A stretch of DNA of 64,000 nt from a virus. The translations under genes and the position numbers were made by a program. The stretch covers positions 1 to 64,000 of IMG/VR virus record IMGVR_UViG_3300045974_000102; one strand, 5' to 3'. Positions 57,349 through 64,000 of this stretch are shown here, one piece after another; position 1 is the stretch's first letter, and every line of letters starts with the position of its first letter. The notes under the pieces are model-generated. The model was not told the origin of the DNA. It did not search any database and worked only from the letters and a program-made list of their open reading frames with translations.

Positions 57349-57910
57349 CTACAAACTCCCCATTTGGTCCCATATCGTTAAAGTAATTTGCAACAGCTTT
57401 AAGTTCCTCAGGCGTTACTGACTTAATACCCTTTTTAGGCTTAGAGCCACCTTTCTCTGCAGAGAAACTCTCACGCATCTTATTGGTATCTATGGCTGGT
57501 TTGCCTAATACAGCCTCACTAAAAGCAAGCTCTTCCATAAGTTCATTAAGTGTCATCTGTTTTAAGTCTTTAAGTGTATATGTAGGCTGTGCTTGTATGA
57601 TAGCTCTGTAGAACATAAAATATAAGCTGTTTTCTACATTTGCACGTGCCTTCTCAATTAGCACTGGCACATCAGTAAGCTTCATTATGAAGCCCGATAG
57701 TTTCATTGCGCAGCCTACTACTGCAAGGATAGCACCTGCTTCCAGCTCTTTAGCATTATATTTATGGTCTGTTATTTCGTTAAAGATAAATTCTTCAGTA
57801 TTAGGATTTTCTTTAAGTAGAGCAGCACTGAACCTATCTGCTTCGTCAGCAGTTAGTGTTCTGAATATAATGTCTGTAGAGTCTGCCAGAGGAAGTTTAT
57901 ACTTCTTCAT
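57335..57910 (-). CDS. Tail assembly chaperone candidate
   Basis: IIFRTLT...YTLKDLKQMTLNELMEEL; immediately upstream of the tape-measure-position gene. Confidence 0.6.
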   Translation of the reverse strand: MKKYKLPLADSTDIIFRTLTADEADRFSAALLKENPNTEEFIFNEITDHKYNAKELEAGAILAVVGCAMKLSGFIMKLTDVPVLIEKARANVENSLYFMFYRAIIQAQPTYTLKDLKQMTLNELMEELAFSEAVLGKPAIDTNKMRESFSAEKGGSKPKKGIKSVTPEELKAVANYFNDMGPNGEFVDGSF

Positions 57911-57921
57911 GAAAGCTCCAA

Positions 57922-58329
57922 TTATGTTTCTAAGATTAGTTCAAGAGCCTTGTTAGGATCTTTAAGGAAGTTGCTTACTGCTAGGATTTGATAGACCAGT
58001 GTGAGGACTAGTCCTGCTTCTAAGGACTGTATGAGCACAGCTTCTGGCTTTGGATGGATTAGTGAAGCTTTAAGGATAGCTTCATGTGTAGACATCTTAT
58101 CTAGGTTTGCTCTCCTGATATCAGCGAACTCTGCCCATGGTAGATATTTATACATAAAGAATTGTAGTTGATCTGCCGGACCTAAGAATGTGCAGTAGAC
58201 ACGCTTATTAAAAGCCTTAGCTCTTTCAAACTCAGGCTTGGTCATTTTGTAATAAGCAATTTTGTCCCAGTTAATTTCATCGTAAAGTGATTGTTTAACA
58301 TCTTTTACTTCTTCTAGCTCTTCACTCAT
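57922..58329 (-). CDS. Tail assembly chaperone candidate
   Basis: FMYKYLPWAEF...ILKASLIHP...LEAGLVLTLVYQILAVSNF; position between tube genes and the tape-measure-position gene; shares LEAG with the next gene. Confidence 0.6.
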   Translation of the reverse strand: MSEELEEVKDVKQSLYDEINWDKIAYYKMTKPEFERAKAFNKRVYCTFLGPADQLQFFMYKYLPWAEFADIRRANLDKMSTHEAILKASLIHPKPEAVLIQSLEAGLVLTLVYQILAVSNFLKDPNKALELILET

Positions 58330-58360
58330 AAAAACTCCTTGGTTGTTTGATACGTGTTAA

Positions 58361-59926
58361 TTACTTGATTGTGCGGGCAATAAAAGTATAATATTCTTGC
58401 ACAGGCTGTCCTTGCTGTCCTAACATGTGTCCATGTCCTGTAAGTGTGCATCCGTCTATAATTTTATGAACATAACCATTGTATTCAATAGCTAGTGTAA
58501 ACTCTGCTGTGTCCTCTGCTCTGCGGAGAGATGGAACTGTTTTTTCTGGTGCATCAAAGAACTTCTCTGAAGCTGATATAACCTTAGCGGCCTTGACTTT
58601 CTCAAGCTGTGCACTTATATCATTTTTCTTTTGAGCAATACTGTCTATAATATTTTTTAATTTCTTCTCTGCATTATCTCTGTTTAGTAGAGTAATCTTT
58701 GTAGTCGCTCCGGTGTTTTCTTTAACTGCGTCTGCATTTAAAGATGCATCAGCGTAACTTTGCTCTAAATTAAAGGCACCAGATACTGCTGGCTTTGCTG
58801 CTATTAAAGCCTTTATCTCGCTCTTCTTAGCAGCTAGTTGTTGAGGATATGCATCTATATAGTTATTATATTCAGCGGTTATCTTGTCTAGATCTTTTTG
58901 TGTTGTCAGTATGCTCGACTGAGCTATAGTATATTGATTTTCATAAGTTGTTATTGTATCAACTGGTGTAGTAGGATCTGCTCTTAAGCCTGGAAGTCTT
59001 GCCGCTATTCCATCTGCTGTGCTTCTAAGTGCGACCAGCCTAGCATTAAGAGCCATAATTTGTCCTGCAGCTCCATCCATATAAGTCTTTGCTCCTTGTT
59101 CAAAGTTAGCAAGACTACCTGTTGCTGATGGATTGTTTACTTTTGTCCAAAGAGTATTATAGTCTGCAGCAAATCCAGATGGCTGTGCATCCATATAAGC
59201 ATCTCTGGTCTTCATGGCCTTGCTAAGTAACTCATTTGCTATGCCTGTCAAAGCGCTTGTAGCATCATTAGATACAATTGATGCTGCATCTGCTACTGAT
59301 AAAGCTTGCTGTGCAGCAGCCTGATCTCTTATAAGCTTATTGATTTCGTCTTGTATAGCCTTATACTTATTAAGCTCTTTAGAATAGTTAATTGCTTTTT
59401 GTTTTTCATCATATATTTCACTAACAATATCATCACTAGTAACTGAATAATCAAGGCCATCAACTTTATCAAGAACTCCTAATAGATAGCCATCGAACTT
59501 ATAGTTAATAGTAAATGTTCCGTGGACAATTATCTGGCCTCTAGCAATAGTAGTAAACTTCTGAGAGTTATAACCATAGATTGGTTCTTTTGTTTCTCTA
59601 TACTGATAACTAATATCATAAGCATCATCTATATGTATTCCGCCAATATAAATCTTTGCTTGAGATGCGGTAACATAATCTGCCTTTTCAGGAGTAGCTT
59701 TTTCTTTTAAGAAACCAATAAGGTTATTAGTTGAATTAAGAGCTTGTTGTCTAGCTGTTGCAAGTTCTTGAGGAGTAGGAGGAGAATATGGAGTAGGAGC
59801 TGTGTTAGCATTAGGGTCATAAATAACAGAACTGTTATCAAGTAGTGTATATCCAGCACTTGTTTTACCTTGTTGCGGCACTATAGCATTAGCACCTGGA
59901 ACTGTTGAAAGAAGCGAGTATCCCAT
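58361..59926 (-). CDS. Tail-tube-fold protein with long coiled-coil insertion
   Basis: ISYQYRETKEPIYGY...ARGQIIVHGTF and C-terminal IDGCTL...YTFIAR match the tube protein; Ala-rich helical middle. Confidence 0.7.
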   Translation of the reverse strand: MGYSLLSTVPGANAIVPQQGKTSAGYTLLDNSSVIYDPNANTAPTPYSPPTPQELATARQQALNSTNNLIGFLKEKATPEKADYVTASQAKIYIGGIHIDDAYDISYQYRETKEPIYGYNSQKFTTIARGQIIVHGTFTINYKFDGYLLGVLDKVDGLDYSVTSDDIVSEIYDEKQKAINYSKELNKYKAIQDEINKLIRDQAAAQQALSVADAASIVSNDATSALTGIANELLSKAMKTRDAYMDAQPSGFAADYNTLWTKVNNPSATGSLANFEQGAKTYMDGAAGQIMALNARLVALRSTADGIAARLPGLRADPTTPVDTITTYENQYTIAQSSILTTQKDLDKITAEYNNYIDAYPQQLAAKKSEIKALIAAKPAVSGAFNLEQSYADASLNADAVKENTGATTKITLLNRDNAEKKLKNIIDSIAQKKNDISAQLEKVKAAKVISASEKFFDAPEKTVPSLRRAEDTAEFTLAIEYNGYVHKIIDGCTLTGHGHMLGQQGQPVQEYYTFIARTIK

Positions 59927-59929
59927 ATA

Positions 59930-61261
59930 TTATCTCCTAACGTCCTGCTTAACACTGTTCATAACTTCTGTAGCAGTTAACTCTTTGTTGAAGCTAGGCG
60001 TGCCACTGAATGTTCCATTAACAAAGCTTTCTGTAATGCTATTAAGTGATGAGATAGATACAAATTTTTCATTGCCATTATATCTAACCATTGGAAGTAT
60101 ATCTGATGCGACATAAGATACTTTGTTTGTAATGTTAGGCATTGCCATACCTTGATACTGGTTCTCATCTATTATCTGCACATTCTTAAGCATAAACTTG
60201 CTGAAGATACCACGCTCATTGCAACCCATAACTAATATATGGAATGGTGCTAAGGAGTCTAATAGTTGCACTTCATACATGCCTTGTATTTTCCTAAAAA
60301 TATCTGAGCGCTGGTAAGCATCAGATTCATATGCAAATCGTTCACGCTTTCTTGTCCAGTCTTGTGAAGAGGATTGTGTTTGCGGTTGGAAGTTATCAAA
60401 CTTAGAGCTTATAGTCTCTAGCTCTCTTGTTATTCTTGAGCGAAGTCTTCCAAGAATATCCTCAGTAAAAATAGCAAACGCAATTGATCCGGCAATTGTT
60501 CTAAGGCCTGATGTATATTTAACTGGGTTAGACTGCCCAAGCTGCCTTACTGGATATCTTTCTCTTATGGTCGAGTAGGAGATTGACATAACATTATCCA
60601 TCTCAAACATAATAAGCTCTTTTTGCTGAGCTGCTTCTGGAACATCATTCATAAGGTCTGCTATAGATGGGACCTCTGATATGTAGAAACATACTAGGTC
60701 AGCACCGCCTATTGTATTCTGTAGTATACTATTGTTATCTGCGTTGCCTGATTTCCAGACTTCTTTATAAGGATTTACTACATCACCTGTAAAGGTCTGT
60801 TTGGTGTATTTAGAACTGCCATCCGAAGCATTAGATACTTTTAGAGATGCTGTTTGTGGTGGGTATGATGCTGTGGTTTTAGCTAAATCCAAAAGATAGT
60901 TAGCTGAAGCATTTTGTTCTAATTGTGTTTTTGTTGTGCCTATAGGTGTCTGAGAAGTCATTATACCATCTGGCCCAACAACAAGAGTTCCTATATTCTT
61001 TATCTCTCTTTCATCTCTGGCGCACAACAAAGCACTTACTATTGTATTATTAAACTCATAAGTGTTAAGGGCAGATTTAGGATTTTCTTGTCTATAATCA
61101 TTCGTAGCCTTGGCTACAATTTCTTTGGCACCGTCTGGATACTGTTGGTCAACAAGCACAGAAGGCACAGTAACCTTCATGTCAGGATTTACAGCGCTAG
61201 TAACAACTAGAGCATCCTGTCCAAGGATGTCAAATGTGATATTGCTAGAATTTATTCCCAT
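59930..61261 (-). CDS. Tail-tube-fold baseplate/tube initiator protein
   Basis: GGADL, ISYSTIRERYPVRQLG...GLRTIAGSIAF and DSLAPFHILVMGCNERG match the tube protein. Confidence 0.7.
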   Translation of the reverse strand: MGINSSNITFDILGQDALVVTSAVNPDMKVTVPSVLVDQQYPDGAKEIVAKATNDYRQENPKSALNTYEFNNTIVSALLCARDEREIKNIGTLVVGPDGIMTSQTPIGTTKTQLEQNASANYLLDLAKTTASYPPQTASLKVSNASDGSSKYTKQTFTGDVVNPYKEVWKSGNADNNSILQNTIGGADLVCFYISEVPSIADLMNDVPEAAQQKELIMFEMDNVMSISYSTIRERYPVRQLGQSNPVKYTSGLRTIAGSIAFAIFTEDILGRLRSRITRELETISSKFDNFQPQTQSSSQDWTRKRERFAYESDAYQRSDIFRKIQGMYEVQLLDSLAPFHILVMGCNERGIFSKFMLKNVQIIDENQYQGMAMPNITNKVSYVASDILPMVRYNGNEKFVSISSLNSITESFVNGTFSGTPSFNKELTATEVMNSVKQDVRR

Positions 61262-61283
61262 GCTGCACCTCGTAAATTTTTAT

Positions 61284-61323
61284 AAAAAAGGCCCGAAAGC
61301 CATATGGATGACAAGTCGGGCCT
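61284..61323 (-). terminator. Intrinsic terminator after the tail tube gene
   Basis: Minus strand AGGCCCGA...TCGGGCCT followed by a T-tract. Confidence 0.8.
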
Positions 61324-61348
61324 CAGTTTTCTGCCTTCAATAAAGAGT

Positions 61349-61993
61349 TTATTGATCTAGGCGTCTCATTGGAGACATCGAGTTGGCAATGAAAGTATAT
61401 TTCTTTTCAATATTAAGTTCATCAATAGAGATAGCAACACCTTCATTAATAACTGTGCATCCAAAGATACGGAACGCCATCTTGTCGCCCTGTTCGTTTA
61501 CACCAACAACAGTGATATTGAACGGTGGGATTTGGTCAGCATAGAATGGGTCTACTTCTGTCCAAAGATCTGACTTAGCAAGAGCTCCTCCTGCTGGCAC
61601 GTTAACTGTTGCACCGGCAGAAGTAGTAGCAGGATTCAGTGCAAGATTTTTGTCTGAATAGCCCTTTGCTTGTAGATCAGACTCATCTTGTCTAATCCAC
61701 ACTTTAGGTGCAGATGAGCTCTGGCTAAAGATTTTGCTTACATAAGAAATAAGCGCATCATAGCCAAGTTGCGCAAGGATGAAAGAACCACCGATGCCAC
61801 GCTTTCCTTTAGGGATTGCGATTGGGCTTTTACGTCCCATGACGTAAAGTGGACCTGATTCTCTATTTACTCCAACTGTAAACGACATGCATTCGCCAAC
61901 GTATTCGTCGCCAAAAATTACAACCGTATCAGCTCCAGAGAAAACAGAGGCAAGGCCTGTCTTGTTTGAGTTGAACATATCACCAGTACTCAT
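61349..61993 (-). CDS. Major tail tube protein
   Basis: 214 aa directly after the sheath; FSGAD, RESGPLYVMG...KGKRGIGGS, ADQIPPFNITV; strong GGAGG RBS and its own terminator. Confidence 0.8.
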   Translation of the reverse strand: MSTGDMFNSNKTGLASVFSGADTVVIFGDEYVGECMSFTVGVNRESGPLYVMGRKSPIAIPKGKRGIGGSFILAQLGYDALISYVSKIFSQSSSAPKVWIRQDESDLQAKGYSDKNLALNPATTSAGATVNVPAGGALAKSDLWTEVDPFYADQIPPFNITVVGVNEQGDKMAFRIFGCTVINEGVAISIDELNIEKKYTFIANSMSPMRRLDQ

Positions 61994-62017
61994 AATTGTC
62001 TAAACCTCCGTAATGAT

Positions 62018-62040
62018 GGGGCAGGCTATTAACCTGCCCC
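62018..62040. other. GC-rich intergenic hairpin between sheath and tube genes
   Basis: GGGGCAGG-CTATTAA-CCTGCCCC; a T-rich tail is present only on the + strand. Confidence 0.7.
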
Positions 62041-62049
62041 TTTATTCTA

Positions 62050-64000
62050 TTAGGCCCCAGCGGTCACATTTCTGTCGATTACAGCCTCAATGTCTACTTG
62101 TGTCAATTCTTCCGGTGGGTTAAGCGATGTTTTTAGGAAGAACTTACCAATAGCTTTTTGAGATTCGATAATCTGCAGATCGAATGTGTAGCCGTTTAGA
62201 AGGCCTTTATTTACATCAAGGCCGAAGCTTTCAGCTAGTTTTGTTTTAGCAGCTTCGTAGTAGTATCTGTTAACAGCCTTACCAATGAAGCCAGCGAGAA
62301 GAGCGCGTTTGCCCTCGATTACAGTCTTGATAATTCTTGTAGTAGAGATTAGGTAGTAAGCTGACTGATCTCTTGCTACAGAGTTACCATTGTTAATTAC
62401 CCAGCCAAGACCGTGCTCACGAGTAACTACAATGTAGCCCTTAGCTGCTAGGTCCGAATACCACTTGCGATTGACAATAACGCTAACAGTAACATTAGAA
62501 TTAACACCAATCTTGCTGAATGAGATACCTTCATTCTTAGGCTTGCCAGCTAGCATACCAAGAGCATAAATACCACATGCATCAATGTATGATTTACCAG
62601 AAGCTCTATTAGTGAAGGTAAGTAGACCAGCACCAACAAGAAGGAATTTGCCAAGGTCTACAGTATTATTGTAGGTATCATAGATGACATCGCCATCAAT
62701 GAAGCCTTGGTCAGTCATTAGAAGTCCCCATGCAGGATCAGAGTAAGAGCCATTTATTGGATCACTCATACCACAGCGGTTGAATGCTGTAGAGCCAGAC
62801 AGTGAAGGTTCACCAAGTAATCCTGTTCCATCGCTTGCAAGAGATAGAATTGTATTGTCAAGTCCTGCCACATACACAGGTGTAGGAGCTTTACCAATCC
62901 AGTTTACAATGCCTGATCTTGTGAACCCAGCTGCTGTAACTGTGTCGATATCTGCATTCATGCCACAAAGTGGAGTGTTATAACCAATTGTTGCTTGATT
63001 GCAGAAGTTAGCGAACATATAGCCAAAGTGTGCAAGATAGTATCCTGGCAGTTTGACATCAGACCATGCACTGAATTCAATATGGTCACCCATATCATAT
63101 TCTTTGATGTATCCAAGGCCAAGTTGGAATGGCTGTGTGCCGGTAAATGTAGTCGAGACAGTTGTCCCGATGAAAGCACCACCAATAACTTTAGTAGCCA
63201 CTACAGCGGCACCAGAAGTAAATGGTGCACCAGATGCCATGTAGTATGAGAATGGCACGCCTACTGAACTATTTAGCGGACTAACAATATTAACTACATT
63301 GCCAGTTGCATCAACTGCTTTATACTTGATGGTATAGCCAGAGACTGATAGATAGCCTTCTGCCTTGATATCCGCCTGTGTAAAGCCGCCAGATGCAGTA
63401 AGTGTAAGCTGAGTAATACCAGAGGCACTGATAGGAGTTGTGAATACTGGCTTCTTAACGGTAAGTTGATAATCAGCAACTTGGTATACAGTCTTAGAAG
63501 TATAAGAGTGCACGTCGTTACCAGCAGTTGTCATTATAGAGACTGTGCCTGCAGCGGGCCAATCATCAGCAGCGTCTACGTTAAGTATAGAGGCTGATGT
63601 GGTATCACTTACAAGTGTAGTTGCTCTTGTGGTATTGCCAGTATAGCTATATGTTTCGTTATAAGCGACACCAGCCGGAATGATATAGTCAGGTGTATAT
63701 TGTTCAAGATCTGCTAGAGCATTACGGAAATACTTGTAATAGGCTCTATAGTCTGCCGATGATGGTGTTGAGCCGACTGCACATTCACTATCAGAAGCAG
63801 TTACAGATAGACCGAATGCGCTCTGTGAGTATGCTGTTAGTGTTGTTAGTGTTGTTGCAAGTGGATCACTATCAAGATCTATACCGGTGATTGTGCCAGT
63901 GCCAGCTAGTGTTGCAGTTACAGTGAAGTAACCACCATCTATACCTCTTAGTGAGTCGTAAACTTTCTGCTTGTTCTTATCCCAGATTTTAACGCCTCTG
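62050..64000 (-). CDS. Tail sheath protein (5' end beyond window)
   Basis: C-terminal YYLISTTRII...FIGK...LNPPEELTQVDI is a sheath-like end. The frame has no stop codon from 63534 to the window edge. Confidence 0.85.
   Translation of the reverse strand, partial: RGVKIWDKNKQKVYDSLRGIDGGYFTVTATLAGTGTITGIDLDSDPLATTLTTLTAYSQSAFGLSVTASDSECAVGSTPSSADYRAYYKYFRNALADLEQYTPDYIIPAGVAYNETYSYTGNTTRATTLVSDTTSASILNVDAADDWPAAGTVSIMTTAGNDVHSYTSKTVYQVADYQLTVKKPVFTTPISASGITQLTLTASGGFTQADIKAEGYLSVSGYTIKYKAVDATGNVVNIVSPLNSSVGVPFSYYMASGAPFTSGAAVVATKVIGGAFIGTTVSTTFTGTQPFQLGLGYIKEYDMGDHIEFSAWSDVKLPGYYLAHFGYMFANFCNQATIGYNTPLCGMNADIDTVTAAGFTRSGIVNWIGKAPTPVYVAGLDNTILSLASDGTGLLGEPSLSGSTAFNRCGMSDPINGSYSDPAWGLLMTDQGFIDGDVIYDTYNNTVDLGKFLLVGAGLLTFTNRASGKSYIDACGIYALGMLAGKPKNEGISFSKIGVNSNVTVSVIVNRKWYSDLAAKGYIVVTREHGLGWVINNGNSVARDQSAYYLISTTRIIKTVIEGKRALLAGFIGKAVNRYYYEAAKTKLAESFGLDVNKGLLNGYTFDLQIIESQKAIGKFFLKTSLNPPEELTQVDIEAVIDRNVTAGA

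Noticed and set aside
57900-57990. Programmed -1 frameshift joining the two tail chaperones (lambda G/GT style)
   Set aside because: No XXXYYYZ slippery heptamer was seen near the end of the first gene, and the second gene has its own GGAG RBS and ATG.
5408-63890. Numerous + strand ORFs of 60-186 aa (e.g. 19078-19527, 29950-30510)
   Set aside because: They are antisense shadows of long - strand genes, with no recognisable motifs.
63535-64000. Apparent non-coding gap upstream of the 494 aa sheath ORF
   Set aside because: The sheath reading frame stays open to the window edge, so the 63534 start is an artefact of truncation.
1-64000. Stop-codon reassignment, tRNA genes or other structured RNA genes
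   Set aside because: Genes are long and tightly packed under the standard code, and the intergenic gaps are mostly too short and show no cloverleaf.

Overview
The window is 64 kb of a large, AT-rich, contractile-tailed (myovirus-like) bacteriophage genome with two convergent blocks meeting at a bidirectional terminator near 5240. The short + strand block (1-5222) holds a RusA-like resolvase (5' truncated), a sigma-factor-like protein, dUTPase, a class II (B12-dependent) ribonucleotide reductase and a GT-B glycosyltransferase. The long - strand block (5254-64000) is a tail and lysis operon. In transcription order it contains: sheath (truncated), tube, two tube-fold paralogs, two chaperones, three giant proteins (2151, 1781, 2741 aa), baseplate genes including a baseplate-J-like wedge, an embedded Cas4-like nuclease, tail fibre/adhesin genes and a lysis cassette. 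The most notable signals are: (1) the giant proteins at the tape-measure position carry enzyme domains, namely a DEDDh-like exonuclease plus a Vsr/DUF559-like endonuclease in the 2151 aa protein and an RNA polymerase-type RxP...NADHDGD motif in the 1781 aa protein, suggesting injected enzymatic cargo that includes a virion RNA polymerase; (2) surface-exposed tail proteins look rich in Ser-Gly motifs, with a phage glycosyltransferase in the same window, suggesting virion glycosylation; (3) three consecutive fibre genes have matching N- and C-terminal motifs, suggesting donor-strand chaining; (4) the lysis cassette has a signal-peptide CHAP lysin and a spanin candidate with an N-terminal TM and C-terminal beta-strands; (5) an intergenic GTWAWTAACA motif recurs. 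All assignments come from motif recognition and synteny by eye; no searches were run.
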